Part shown: piece by piece, positions 1 through 10,222 of the stretch
Numbering within the stretch: the first letter of the stretch is position 1
Layout of the letters: each line of letters starts with the position of its first letter
Assembly: GCA_965248265.1 (NCBI GenBank)
Contig: CBDFJF010000002.1
Span: forward strand, 3,840,001-3,904,000
Direction of reading: 5' to 3'
DNA length: 64,000 bases
Origin: Candidatus Latescibacterota bacterium
GTDB taxonomy: Bacteria > Latescibacterota > UBA2968 > UBA8231
Made by a program: the position numbers and the translations under genes
Notes under the pieces: generated by a model
Seen by the model: the letters and a program-made list of their open reading frames with translations, nothing else
What the model was told of the DNA's origin: nothing
Database searches by the model: none

Positions 1-81
1 GCTGGCCGGAGCCGCGTAAACGAACCACAGCACGGACAGCGCCAGCAGCAGCCAGCGTTTGGGGGTATTCGGTGTATGCAC
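1..81 (-). CDS. 5' end of a secreted protein running off the window, probably flagellar P-ring protein FlgI
   Basis: GTG at 81 opens MHTPNTPKRWLLLALSVLWFVYAAPAS, a signal peptide. Identity inferred only from its position after flgH. Confidence 0.45.
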   Translation of the reverse strand, partial: MHTPNTPKRWLLLALSVLWFVYAAPAS

Positions 82-95
82 AATTCTATTCACGG

Positions 96-695
96 TTATA
101 GCAGCCAATTCACGAAACGGACGAATATTCCTGGACGCGATCCCTGCGTAATCGTGCCTTTCCCTGTGTATTCGATATTCAAATCACCGACGCTCGTGGA
201 GAGGATGGTGTTGTTGGAGCGAATGAACGACGGCGCCACGAAACCACTGACATGAATGGCCTCGGTCTCGCCGTTGATCTTCAAGGTGCGCACCCCCTCG
301 ATCAGCAAATCGCCGTTGTGTTTCTTGCCAACCACGTTCACGGTGACCTGGGCGTTCAAACTCGCGCTCCGTGAGGTCGAGCCGGAACCGTCGAACTCCG
401 ACGAGGAACTGCTGTCCAGCGCGTGCAGGGGAACGAAATCCAACACGTTGCCGGCGCCCGGTATGGCGCTTTCGATCTGGACATCGTTTCCCTTGTCCGT
501 CGAGGTCGATGTCCGGTTGGTAGCTGACGCACTTTCCTGAATGATCACGGTCAGAGCATCACCGATATTGGCGGCCGTGGGATCCGAAAACATCGATCCG
601 GCCTGGGCGTGAGCATCTCCCAATACACAGCCGCAAATCAAGCAAAAGAGCGCGGCCGTCTTGACTAAGATTTGATGGCGATTCATGTCGTTCAC
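96..695 (-). CDS. flgH: Flagellar L-ring protein
   Basis: Motifs IGDALTVIIQESASA, NGDLLIEG, IHVSGFVAP..I..NNTI; synteny with flgA and flgG. Confidence 0.9.
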   Translation of the reverse strand: MNDMNRHQILVKTAALFCLICGCVLGDAHAQAGSMFSDPTAANIGDALTVIIQESASATNRTSTSTDKGNDVQIESAIPGAGNVLDFVPLHALDSSSSSEFDGSGSTSRSASLNAQVTVNVVGKKHNGDLLIEGVRTLKINGETEAIHVSGFVAPSFIRSNNTILSTSVGDLNIEYTGKGTITQGSRPGIFVRFVNWLL

Positions 696-1498
696 AGCCC
701 GATCCTGACCGAGCCGTCCTCGTTGACGAAGCCGTAGAGGATTTTGCCCGATTCCTTATTCTTGACCCGGATGCGCTCTCCCTCCGCCCCGTCCTGAAGG
801 GCGAGACCGAAGGTGGCAAGTTGCATGTACCTGGACACGACGCTCATGACGATCTCGTCGCCCCGGTGAACGAGGGGAATCGGTTTGACGTGGCTGCGGC
901 TGACAATATCACCCGCACCTATCGGCCGGCTTACTTGTAATTGTGCCAACTCTTCGTAGGCCGTGAAGTAGCCATGCTTGAGGCTGGTAATATCACGCTC
1001 TGCCAGTTCAACCATGTCAGGAGTCAGTTGCCCTCCCCGGCGAACGGTCCTCGAGGTCACCACCACGGGGCGATAGAACCGGGTGTCCACGGTAACGGTC
1101 AGGGCGCGCAGCATGGTATGGCCCTGGCTGATCTCCACACGCACGAGGGTCGGGCCGCGGAATGGTTTGTCGGACAGCGGTGCCACCTTCAGGTCGAATG
1201 GGCCAGCGGCCACTTCATCGAACAGGATGTCACCTTGCCAGCGGGGCCTTACCTCGACCCGCTCCTGCTCGGCGATGTCGTCGGCCCGCTCGCTCTCAAC
1301 GCGTGCATTCACGTATTCCTGCACCGCGTTTCGGACGGTCTCTTCCGTGAGAACATTTAGTATGTGCGGGAGGGAGTCCGTGCCGGTGCTTCCCTGAACT
1401 GGGGGGCCCGCCAACGTCGACAGGCCGATTGCCATGATCACGGACAGTCTGATGGCACTCATCTGATCTATCCTCACCTTATCCTTCATGCGCCCCAT
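692..1498 (-). CDS. flgA: Flagellar P-ring formation chaperone
   Basis: SAF-like region plus C-terminal LVHRGD..GLALQDGAEGERIRVKNKESGKIL. Confidence 0.88.
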   Translation of the reverse strand: MGRMKDKVRIDQMSAIRLSVIMAIGLSTLAGPPVQGSTGTDSLPHILNVLTEETVRNAVQEYVNARVESERADDIAEQERVEVRPRWQGDILFDEVAAGPFDLKVAPLSDKPFRGPTLVRVEISQGHTMLRALTVTVDTRFYRPVVVTSRTVRRGGQLTPDMVELAERDITSLKHGYFTAYEELAQLQVSRPIGAGDIVSRSHVKPIPLVHRGDEIVMSVVSRYMQLATFGLALQDGAEGERIRVKNKESGKILYGFVNEDGSVRIGL

Positions 1499-2286
1499 TA
1501 GCGCCGCAGGTTATTGGCGTTGGCGAGCATTTCTTCTGAGGTCTGGATCGCTCGGGCATTGATTTCGTAGGCGCGTTGCGCCACGATCATGTTGACCATC
1601 TCATCGACGACTTCCACGTTCGACAACTCGAGGAACCCCTGCGACAGCTTGCCAAAACCCTCGGTATCCGGTGAGCCACTGACGGGGGTGCCGGAAGCCT
1701 GAGTCTCCAAAAACAGGTTGCGCCCGATGGTCTTGAGTCCGGCCGGATTGACAAACCGGGCCAGCTCCAGCTGGCCGACGGTCTGCAGCGTCGGATCGCC
1801 CGGAATCTTGACCGAGACCTCGCCGTTGGACGATATGTTGATCGCCGTGGCATCCTGTGGGATGGTGGTTTGGGGCTCGATGTTGTATCCGTCCGATGTC
1901 ACGATGCTGCCTTCCGCCGACTTCTTCAGGGCGCCGTCTCGAGTGTAGGCAACCGTGCCGTCCGGCAGCTGCACCTGAAGAAACCCATCTCCATCGATTG
2001 AGACGTCGAGCGGGTTGTTGGTGGAGATCACCGTGCCCTGCGTGAAAATCCGTTGTGTGGCCACCGGTCGGGTTCCGTAGCCGATCTGGAGTTCTACTGG
2101 TACTTGCGCGCCCTCGGCCTGGGTTGCTCCCGCCAGGCGAAGCTGCTGGTAGAGTAGATCCTGGAACTCCAGTTTGGATTTCTTGTACCCGGTCGTGTTC
2201 ACATTGGCCAGGTTGTTGGCGATGTTGTCGACGTTCATCTGCTGGGCGATCATGCCCGTTGCGGCCGTATAAAGTGCCCTGCTCAT
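1498..2286 (-). CDS. flgG: Flagellar distal rod protein
   Basis: ANNLANVNTTGYKK, YTRDG, LELSNVEVVDEMVNMIVAQRAYE; 262 aa. Confidence 0.96.
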   Translation of the reverse strand: MSRALYTAATGMIAQQMNVDNIANNLANVNTTGYKKSKLEFQDLLYQQLRLAGATQAEGAQVPVELQIGYGTRPVATQRIFTQGTVISTNNPLDVSIDGDGFLQVQLPDGTVAYTRDGALKKSAEGSIVTSDGYNIEPQTTIPQDATAINISSNGEVSVKIPGDPTLQTVGQLELARFVNPAGLKTIGRNLFLETQASGTPVSGSPDTEGFGKLSQGFLELSNVEVVDEMVNMIVAQRAYEINARAIQTSEEMLANANNLRR

Positions 2287-2331
2287 CGCTTTTGATTTCC
2301 TCCGCTGTGGATGCTGCTTGCTGATTTTTGT

Positions 2332-3120
2332 CTATCTCACCACGCCGACATCGTTCACCGCTCGATCCAGGGTCTCGTCCTGGATCTGCAGGGCTTTTTG
2401 ATCCGCTTCATAGGAGCGGAACACGTCGATCATTTTCACCATCTCCAGCACCGTCTCGACATTGGCCTCCTCGAGAAAGCCCTGTTGTATCTCATAATCC
2501 TCGCCCGCTACCTGCGTCACGCCCGGTTGGGGAATGAAGTAACCGTCCTTGGACTTGTTGAGAGCTTTCTGAAATGGAGTTTGTGCAGAGAAATTGGGGT
2601 CGTAGAGGTCGGGAAAATCGGCGATCTGCAGGCGTCCCAGATTGCTGTCGATCCCGAGGAGCTCATCCCGGCCCTTGAGGTTACCCCCACCATCTATGAT
2701 CAACGTGACAGCATCGGGAATCTGGATTTCGTCTCCACCCTCGTCCAAAACGGAGTGGCCGAGTAGATTCGTCAGTATGCCCTCGCTGTTTCGAATGAAG
2801 GTACCGTTGCGGGTGAATTGGTCCCCGGCTGGGGTTTGTACGACAAAGAATCCATTGCCGCTGATGGCCATGTCGAAGTGGTTGCCGGTGCGCCGGAGCT
2901 TGCCCTGATCGAAATCGGTCCAGCTGCCCTCAAACCGATTGATACGCCAATCGGGGTAGTCACCGGACTGCTGCTTCTTGGCCTCCTGCATCTCGCGCAG
3001 AAACAAGCTGTCCCGCTTGAACCCGGGTACCTCTATATTGGCCAGATTGTTGGCGATCGCCTCCTGCTGCGATCCTTTGGGCAGCATGCCTGAAGCCGAG
3101 ATGAAAATTCCTTCTATCAT
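2332..3120 (-). CDS. flgF: Flagellar proximal rod protein
   Basis: ANNLAN, FTRNG, LEEANVETVLEMVKMI; immediately upstream of flgG. Confidence 0.88.
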   Translation of the reverse strand: MIEGIFISASGMLPKGSQQEAIANNLANIEVPGFKRDSLFLREMQEAKKQQSGDYPDWRINRFEGSWTDFDQGKLRRTGNHFDMAISGNGFFVVQTPAGDQFTRNGTFIRNSEGILTNLLGHSVLDEGGDEIQIPDAVTLIIDGGGNLKGRDELLGIDSNLGRLQIADFPDLYDPNFSAQTPFQKALNKSKDGYFIPQPGVTQVAGEDYEIQQGFLEEANVETVLEMVKMIDVFRSYEADQKALQIQDETLDRAVNDVGVVR

Positions 3121-3188
3121 TCCCCAAAACTCCTCATAATCTGTGTCGGGTCGGGCGGATGCAGTTTGCCCTGTTCCCGACAGGAGTG

Positions 3189-3204
3189 AGCAACGTGTGT
3201 GCCA
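3189..3204 (-). promoter_or_regulatory. Sigma54 (-24/-12) promoter for the flgF operon
   Basis: Minus strand reads TGGCAC-ACACG-TTGCT, matching TGGCAC-N5-TTGC, about 70 bp upstream of flgF, with an AT-rich tract further upstream. Confidence 0.75.
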
Positions 3205-3653
3205 TGACCCGATCCAAACCCAGTATGTCCTTTAACATATTGTTTATTAATGTCTTAATAGATTCGAAGGCGACGGGCATTGGGATTGGTGTCCAGGAAA
3301 GATATTCTCTGCTATGATCTCGACCGACCACTTCTCGCCAACTGCTGTTTTGTTCGTCAGGAAACTGGAAATGGAGTGGAATCATCAAGCGGAATGAGCT
3401 TTGCTGAGGTTTATCGTATGCTGGCCACGATGTCGCCGGCATACGCTTGCAATTGGTCCTGAATTATGTGTTTATTTAATTGTGTTACAACGAGTTGTGT
3501 TTCCTGACGGTCAGATTAGCTGAAGCCTGCCATCATCGATGGCCTCGACTCTCGGCTACCCCAGTCAGGGGCGAAAGAGGAAAGTTTGGCTGCTGAAGAG
3601 ATCACGATATGCGCCGGGTCCGGTTTGGCCGCATTGAAAGGCGCAGACGGTAA

Positions 3654-4268
3654 ATGAACCTCCGGATAACGATCCTGCTGGTTCTCGGAATGAGCCTGTC
3701 ATTCAGCATCATCCTTGGTGTGCTCGTTACGTCCCGACATCGAGAAGTCCCTCGAGAGCGGCTCCCGATATTGCGAGCACCGACAGCAGAAGAAATCGCC
3801 GCATCTCACAGGCGCAGAGTTGAGCCTTCATCTTCCGGAAAAAATCAAGTTATCGACTCTAAGACCAAGAACACCAATGAATTAGAGTATGCAGATTCGA
3901 TCGTCGCTGACCGCGAGGATTGGAGCGTCGACCGTCTCCAACTCACCAAAGCAGAGCCCGCGCAGGCAGACTTCAGGGCACCTTCAAAACATCTCGATCG
4001 CATGCAGGCAGAGTTAATGCGGCAGGTGCAAACCCTCAGAGAGAGCCGCGATTTGATGTTAGCCGAGTTGGCAGAACAGTTTGAGGAAATGACTGCGGCT
4101 CAAGTCGTTACCGAGTTGAAAGTCCTCGACAACGAATCAGCCGCTATTGCTCTGGCCAAACTCTCGAAGAAGAAGCGCAGCGCCGTGCTGGATCGGCTTG
4201 ATGACAAGAGAGCAAGGACCTTGGGGCGCCTGGCCAGAAACTACTCCTCGCAGAACAGAGAGGGATAA
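3654..4268 (+). CDS. Membrane-anchored MotE/MgtE-N-like flagellar-associated protein
   Basis: N-terminal TM, coiled coil, C-terminal LAEQFEEM..AAIALAKLSKKKRSAVLDRLD helical repeat; divergent from the flg operon. Confidence 0.55.
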   Translation: MNLRITILLVLGMSLSFSIILGVLVTSRHREVPRERLPILRAPTAEEIAASHRRRVEPSSSGKNQVIDSKTKNTNELEYADSIVADREDWSVDRLQLTKAEPAQADFRAPSKHLDRMQAELMRQVQTLRESRDLMLAELAEQFEEMTAAQVVTELKVLDNESAAIALAKLSKKKRSAVLDRLDDKRARTLGRLARNYSSQNREG

Positions 4269-4272
4269 CGCC

Positions 4273-5121
4273 GTGACAACGACAACGGGAATGCCCAAGC
4301 GGATGACGAATGCCATCGTCACTCCCGTTCTGGGGATGCACCACAGTGGTTCATCGGAGTGGTCGCGTTGCCTGAACCTGCTCGGAGTGGAGCTGGGACA
4401 GGCCCCAGATCCACCCAAGAACGGAGGCCATAAACGATTCTGGGAGAATGAATTCTTCCATACACTTAACATAAGAATTCTACGCGCGATGGACAGGGAT
4501 TTCCATGGCTACGGCGGCTACACAGCGCTGGCTGAGATCCCAGAACTCGCAGTGGGCATTAACCTGAATCAGGAGGATGAGGATTTTGTCGGTGAGTACA
4601 TTGCCCGGACATTCGCGTGCGCCCATTGGGGGTGGAAAGACCCTGCTTCAGTGCTCCTGTTCCCCTTTTGGCTCAATATTTTGACCTCTCTGGGATTCAG
4701 AGATATCCGTCCGTTGCTGGTAGTGAGACATCCGGCGGCCTGCGTGCAGGCCCTGCTCCGTGAGGCAGATATCCTGAGCCTGGCGAACCAGATGCGCCAG
4801 GATCCTACTACCCTGTGCCTCGAAATGTGGCGAGTGTACAACCAGGTTCTACTGACCGTTCTGGACGAAACAGATTGCTTCATCAGCATCCACCGATGGT
4901 TGGGCGATGCCGATCATGCCCGTGGTGAGTTACAGCGGGCAGCACAGTACCTGGAGATAGGCGAAAATGGCGCCCTCCAGGAGGCCATCACCTGGCTGGA
5001 TCCGGGTACGGGTACCGTTCCTGTGGACGAAGACGGGGATGCAGCTTTCGTGGATGCTGAATCCCTGGCCCTTTACTGGACCCTCGTCAGTCGAGCGGAG
5101 GGCCAACGGGCAGGTACCTGA
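4273..5121 (+). CDS. Sulfotransferase-family (P-loop-like) protein
   Basis: VLGMHHSGSS (cf. GMHRSGTS), FWEN, WGWKDP, VVRHP motifs. Start taken at GTG 4273; ATG 4291 is an alternative. Confidence 0.7.
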   Translation: MTTTTGMPKRMTNAIVTPVLGMHHSGSSEWSRCLNLLGVELGQAPDPPKNGGHKRFWENEFFHTLNIRILRAMDRDFHGYGGYTALAEIPELAVGINLNQEDEDFVGEYIARTFACAHWGWKDPASVLLFPFWLNILTSLGFRDIRPLLVVRHPAACVQALLREADILSLANQMRQDPTTLCLEMWRVYNQVLLTVLDETDCFISIHRWLGDADHARGELQRAAQYLEIGENGALQEAITWLDPGTGTVPVDEDGDAAFVDAESLALYWTLVSRAEGQRAGT

Positions 5122-5123
5122 GA

Positions 5124-6260
5124 CTACTGCCCCAGGACACGGTCGTAGACTGATTCGAGCGAGGCGGACTGGGTGCGAGCATTGTAACTCTCCTCGACGT
5201 GGCGGCGCCCCTGACGGCCCATCTCACCCCACTTTTCTTTGGTTGTAAGCAACACCCGAATGTGGTCGGACAATCCGTCCACGTCCCGTTCCGGAGCCAG
5301 CAGACCACTACGGCCGTCCAGGACATATTCGGGAATATCGTCGTGTTCGGTGGCAATCACCGGAAGGCCTGAGGCCTGCGCATCCAGAAGAACGACCGGC
5401 GCCCCTCCTTCTGCGTCTCCGTCAGCAGCGGTCGCACTTGGATGGAGAAGGAAGTGACAGCGCCGCATCTGCTCCAGAACGCCGTCATACGGCTGAATTC
5501 CCAGCATCTCGACTCGCTCCGACAACCCTGAATCTCTTACCGCCTCGAGTACCTTCGGTTTCTCGGGACCATCGCCCAGGATGACGACCCTGCAGTCTAC
5601 GGATAAACCCTGGAGGGCGTTTCCGAGTGCCCTCAAACCATCCGGAATGCCCTTCTTCTCTCTAAAATTCGCACACATCAGAACCCTGACTTCCCCGTCA
5701 TCGGCGATTCGCTCAGTGAATCGTATGGCTTCCGTGTCCACGCCCAGGTGATGAATTGCGATCCGCTCAGCAGGACAGCCCGCTCCCTCGAGTCGTCGGG
5801 CCATGTGCCCACCCTCAGCCAGAAAGAGCTCGCCCGAATTGAAGAGGCGCTCGAAGCGCGAACGCCATGGAGGGCGATGGGCGTCTCTGGTGGCATCCAA
5901 ACCGTACAGGGAAGTGACCATCGGCAGTCCTGTCCTGGCCTTGGCGCGCAGACACCGGAAGCCCTGGTAGCCAAAATGGGCGTGAATGATATCAGCATGC
6001 TCATGCGTCAGAAAACGGTCATAGAAAGGGTACGTCCCCGTAACTCGAGTCACCATCCGGTTGTAGAGTTTCTTGACAGATCCATACTCTTCCGACGAAC
6101 GCAGCCGCTCCACAGGAAAGTGCTCGGTGTTGCGGGCCTCTTGGGTCAGAACCACGGTTCGGTAGCGCTGCTGATGGCGGATCTGGGTGTGTAACCAGGG
6201 TGCAAAGAGAGGCGCGAACGGGGTGGCACAATGGGCGACCGTCTTCACTGTGAAAACCAT
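5124..6260 (-). CDS. GT4 (WcaL-like) glycosyltransferase
   Basis: IIHAHFG, EKKG, DGDAEGGAPVVLLDAQASGLPVIATEH motifs. Confidence 0.88.
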   Translation of the reverse strand: MVFTVKTVAHCATPFAPLFAPWLHTQIRHQQRYRTVVLTQEARNTEHFPVERLRSSEEYGSVKKLYNRMVTRVTGTYPFYDRFLTHEHADIIHAHFGYQGFRCLRAKARTGLPMVTSLYGLDATRDAHRPPWRSRFERLFNSGELFLAEGGHMARRLEGAGCPAERIAIHHLGVDTEAIRFTERIADDGEVRVLMCANFREKKGIPDGLRALGNALQGLSVDCRVVILGDGPEKPKVLEAVRDSGLSERVEMLGIQPYDGVLEQMRRCHFLLHPSATAADGDAEGGAPVVLLDAQASGLPVIATEHDDIPEYVLDGRSGLLAPERDVDGLSDHIRVLLTTKEKWGEMGRQGRRHVEESYNARTQSASLESVYDRVLGQ

Positions 6261-6506
6261 CCCTCGGCACGGCCCCAAAACGGCACGTATGACCTTTGAT
6301 TACAACAGCTTGACATGTGTTAGACGGGTCCCGTATACTGTTTTCTTGAGCGTTCGCTTGCCTGTTTCTTGCGCGTTTGCTTGCCAGGCTAAAAATACGC
6401 CCCCCACCTGTTCGCTACCATTATTTATTATCGATAAGTTGACTACAAATTCTCACTGCTGGCCGGTGGCCGACACTGGCCTTTGCTCTCCACCCTGGAT
6501 TGAGTG

Positions 6507-9500
6507 ATGGACCCGAGATTTCTGCAGCAAGACGGAACGGGCATTTTCACCGGAAACGAATTGATCGTCAAAGGTGCGCTCGAAAGCAGCATCGGCGAAA
6601 TCACGGGATATCCGGGCTCACCCCTTGCCGAAATCTTCGACACTCTCGAACGCATCGGTTCCCTGCTCAACGAACACGGGATCGTCGCCCAGATTGCCAA
6701 CAACGAGGCGCTGGCCGCTGCCCGCCTGAATGGTTCGCAGATGGAGCGAATCCGCGCCATGGCGGTGATGAAGAGCGTCGGCATGCATGTGGCTGCCGAT
6801 GGCCTCGCCCTTGGCAACATGGCCGGTGCAGCGCAAGGAGCTGGCGCCTTGGTCGTGGTCGGAGACGACACCTGGTCGGAAGGCACCCAGGTCCCTGCCG
6901 ATTCTCGCTTTCTCTCGCAGCATCTGTACATGCCGGTGATGGAACCGGCAACTTTTCAAGAAATCAAGGATTGGGTCGGGATCGGCTTTGACCTTTCGGC
7001 TCAGTCACGTTTGTTCGTGACCTACCTGGTTACCTCAAACCAGGCCGATGGCGGCGGCAGTGTGAATGTTCACCCGAACCATTTCGATGATCGACTGAAC
7101 GCCAATCGTTCGACCACCCTGGACACGGCCACGATCGGCACGGATGATCGAGTGATCATCCCCCCGGTGACGGTGATCAAAGAGAAGGAGGTCCTCCAAC
7201 AGCGCTACCCCCGCCTGCTTGAGTTGGCTCGCGAACGAGGCATCAATCAAATCCTGCCGGCCACAGACACAACCGCCGGCATTCCGGATCTCGCCTTCGT
7301 GACGTCCGGACTCGCTTACGTGTACCTCGAGCACGCGCTGGGAATCCTCGGATTAACGGGCCACTTTTCGATTCTCAAGTTAGGTATCACCTATCCGGTT
7401 GATGAGACTCTGATCGGTGAGATCGCAGGACGCCACGAACATCTGTGCGTGGTGGAGGAGAAACGAGCCTTTGTCGAGCCGCAGGTGGCCGCGGCATTGA
7501 ACCGGATACGGCAATCCAGCGACATAGACGCGAAGCTTTGGGGCAAACGCTTCCCCGATGGTGGCCGTGGTTTTCCAGAAACCGCCGGACTCATGCCGAC
7601 CTCGACGGCCGATCGCGTCGCCCATTTGTTAAGGCTGCTGGAAACCGGCAGTAATGCGCAAACCCTGAATTGGAGCCGCATCGACTCGGAACTCGGTATC
7701 GAGTCTCCTGGCGAGGATGAGCGGTCTCAAGCCGTACCGCCTCGGAGTCCTTCGTTTTGCCCGGGATGTCCCCACCGAGATTCGGCCAGCGTCATTGACA
7801 AGATGGCGCGGGATTTCGCCGATCCCGAATACATGCGAGGCAAGAACGAAGAGACGCAGGACCTGGTTTTCCACGGCGACATCGGCTGTTATTCCATGCT
7901 CAAGTACCCACCCTTTTCGCGACTCATGCACAACCTGTCCGGCATGGGGCTGGGAGGCGGCACGGGGGCTGGAATCGACCCGTTCATAGACAACAAGCAG
8001 CTCGTGTTCATGGGCGACTCGACATTCTTCCACACCGGCATGACCGCCATTTCAGACTCGATCAAGAACAATCAGGACCTTACCTACGTAATACTCGACA
8101 ACAAGACCACGGCCATGACCGGCCACCAGCCGACTCCGGGCGTCGACGTAGACCTGCTCGGTAGACCGACCTTCGCCCAGGACATCGAGCAGATCGTGCG
8201 CGGACTGGCCGGCGACGGCGACACCTTCATCGCTCGTATCGATCCTGCAGAGCGCCGGGAGTATAAAAAGCTCATCGAAGAGGCGACCCTACGTCCCGGC
8301 GTCAAGATCATCATCGCCGATAAGGAATGCGGCATCACCTACCACCGGCGCCAACGCGCACTGGCTTCAGCGCAGATCAAGGAGCTGGGGTTTTCTCCTG
8401 TTGAGCACCACATCAACATCAGTGAGGATGTCTGCGAGAACTGTATGGAGTGCACTCGCGCCACGGGGTGCAGCGGGTTGACGGTGAAGGGAGAGACGGA
8501 ATACGGTCCCAAGATCGCCATCGACCTGTCCTCCTGCGTCACCGACGGCGCCTGCACCCGGGTCGAGGTAACAGGGGGCGACAAGACCTGTCCCTCGTTC
8601 GAGGAAATCACGATCCATCGAAAGCAGGCCCCCGCCAACGACCTGCCGCCGATCGATCCGGGGCGCATTCCCGAACCGGCGCTGGAGCCGATGACGGACT
8701 CCTGGTACGTCTACATCGCCGGCGTCGGCGGCATGGGAGTCAACGTTATCGCCTCGGTGCTGGCGCAGGCAGGAGTGCGACAGGGGTACGCGGTACAGCT
8801 GACCAACAAGAAAGGGCTGGCGATCCGCAATGGCTCGGTCTATTCCCACCTCAGCTACGCGCCTGACGGACGTATTGTTTCTCCAGTCATCCCCAGTGGT
8901 CGCGCCCATTTGCTGCTGGGCCTTGATATTCTGGAGGCCGCTCGTGGCATCGACCCAGCGGGCCGCCACCGCGTGGCCAGCCGCGCCCGCACCGCAGCTG
9001 CGTTGAACACGGCCAAAACCCCGACCACGGGCACGTTGATCGGCGACCAGGACTTTTCCCCGGAGTCGATGGCACACTTGATCGAGTCCAACACGGACGC
9101 CGGGCGTATGTTCGGCCTGGACCTCTTCGCAATCTCCGAGCGCTTTCTGGGTAACAAGCTATACGCCAATATCATGCTGTTGGGAGCAGCCTTCCAGCGT
9201 GGACTGCTGCCATTGAGACTGGAAAATCTGGAGTGGGCAATCAGTGTCGCCGTGCGCCGGGACCTGGAGACCAATGTGCTCGCCTTCAACATGGGACGCC
9301 GACTCGCCATCGATCCACAGTACTTCGATGCCAAGGAGAGCTCAGCTCGTTCGGCAAACTCACTGATTCGCGATAATTCAGGGCTGCTGACGCGCGTTCA
9401 CGGTCGCCGGGTAGCCGCGATGTATGGCCAGATGTGCCGACAGGCGCTGGAGGCTATGGAGGGAAGAGGACTCATTGAAGAGGATCTGTCTCGCCTGATC

Positions 9501-10142
9501 GTGCGCCTGTACGACTTGATTGAATACGACAATCCAGCCTACGCGAAGCGCTATCTCGATGCCGTCTTGCAGACCTTCGACCGTGATTCGGGTGAACGGG
9601 GCCTGCAGGCGACTTCCGCGGTGATTCGCTACCTCGCCAAGGTGATGGCCATCAAGGATGAGGTCTACGTCGCCCGACTGCTGACCTGCGAGCAGAAATA
9701 TCGCAGAGACCGCGCTCGCTACGGCATCGACCCGGCGCGCGGCGACCGGGTGCAATACCGGCACTTGACCAGGCCTCACTTCCGTTTCCTCGGCCGCGAC
9801 TTCCGCCCTGACGTGAAGGCGCGGGACTGGCAGCTGCGGATTCTCTCTCGCATGAAATTTTTGCGCCGCCTATTCGCTTCATGGTGGCATCGCGAGGAGA
9901 TAGATTTTCGCGAATGGTTTGCTGATCTGGTACACGCTTTTGACGGCGGCGAAAACCGGGTTTCATATGAAACCTGGGTAGAGCTGCTGTCTCTGCCCGA
10001 GGAAGTTCGCGGGTACCGTATCGTACGAACGCCGAAGATGGAGGCAGCTCGCGAGCACGCTAAGACTTTGTTGGCTGCCGCTTCCACACCTTCGCAACGG
10101 ATCAGCGTGCCCGTGGAGGTCGTGGCCGCATCCACTTCGTAA
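6507..10142 (+). CDS. Fused indolepyruvate ferredoxin oxidoreductase family protein (alpha+beta, DUF6537-like C-terminus)
   Basis: TGYPGSP, FCPGCPH, GDIGCY, GDSTFFH..LDNKTTAMTG (TPP site), ferredoxin-like Cys, GVGGMG, MAIKDEVYVARL. Confidence 0.88.
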   Translation: MDPRFLQQDGTGIFTGNELIVKGALESSIGEITGYPGSPLAEIFDTLERIGSLLNEHGIVAQIANNEALAAARLNGSQMERIRAMAVMKSVGMHVAADGLALGNMAGAAQGAGALVVVGDDTWSEGTQVPADSRFLSQHLYMPVMEPATFQEIKDWVGIGFDLSAQSRLFVTYLVTSNQADGGGSVNVHPNHFDDRLNANRSTTLDTATIGTDDRVIIPPVTVIKEKEVLQQRYPRLLELARERGINQILPATDTTAGIPDLAFVTSGLAYVYLEHALGILGLTGHFSILKLGITYPVDETLIGEIAGRHEHLCVVEEKRAFVEPQVAAALNRIRQSSDIDAKLWGKRFPDGGRGFPETAGLMPTSTADRVAHLLRLLETGSNAQTLNWSRIDSELGIESPGEDERSQAVPPRSPSFCPGCPHRDSASVIDKMARDFADPEYMRGKNEETQDLVFHGDIGCYSMLKYPPFSRLMHNLSGMGLGGGTGAGIDPFIDNKQLVFMGDSTFFHTGMTAISDSIKNNQDLTYVILDNKTTAMTGHQPTPGVDVDLLGRPTFAQDIEQIVRGLAGDGDTFIARIDPAERREYKKLIEEATLRPGVKIIIADKECGITYHRRQRALASAQIKELGFSPVEHHINISEDVCENCMECTRATGCSGLTVKGETEYGPKIAIDLSSCVTDGACTRVEVTGGDKTCPSFEEITIHRKQAPANDLPPIDPGRIPEPALEPMTDSWYVYIAGVGGMGVNVIASVLAQAGVRQGYAVQLTNKKGLAIRNGSVYSHLSYAPDGRIVSPVIPSGRAHLLLGLDILEAARGIDPAGRHRVASRARTAAALNTAKTPTTGTLIGDQDFSPESMAHLIESNTDAGRMFGLDLFAISERFLGNKLYANIMLLGAAFQRGLLPLRLENLEWAISVAVRRDLETNVLAFNMGRRLAIDPQYFDAKESSARSANSLIRDNSGLLTRVHGRRVAAMYGQMCRQALEAMEGRGLIEEDLSRLIVRLYDLIEYDNPAYAKRYLDAVLQTFDRDSGERGLQATSAVIRYLAKVMAIKDEVYVARLLTCEQKYRRDRARYGIDPARGDRVQYRHLTRPHFRFLGRDFRPDVKARDWQLRILSRMKFLRRLFASWWHREEIDFREWFADLVHAFDGGENRVSYETWVELLSLPEEVRGYRIVRTPKMEAAREHAKTLLAAASTPSQRISVPVEVVAASTS

Positions 10143-10222
10143 ACCAACCAGACACTGACCCGTCGCGGGGGAGGCAATCCGCCCTTGGTACCCCCCACAC
10201 ACACGATCACGATGAGGACGGG

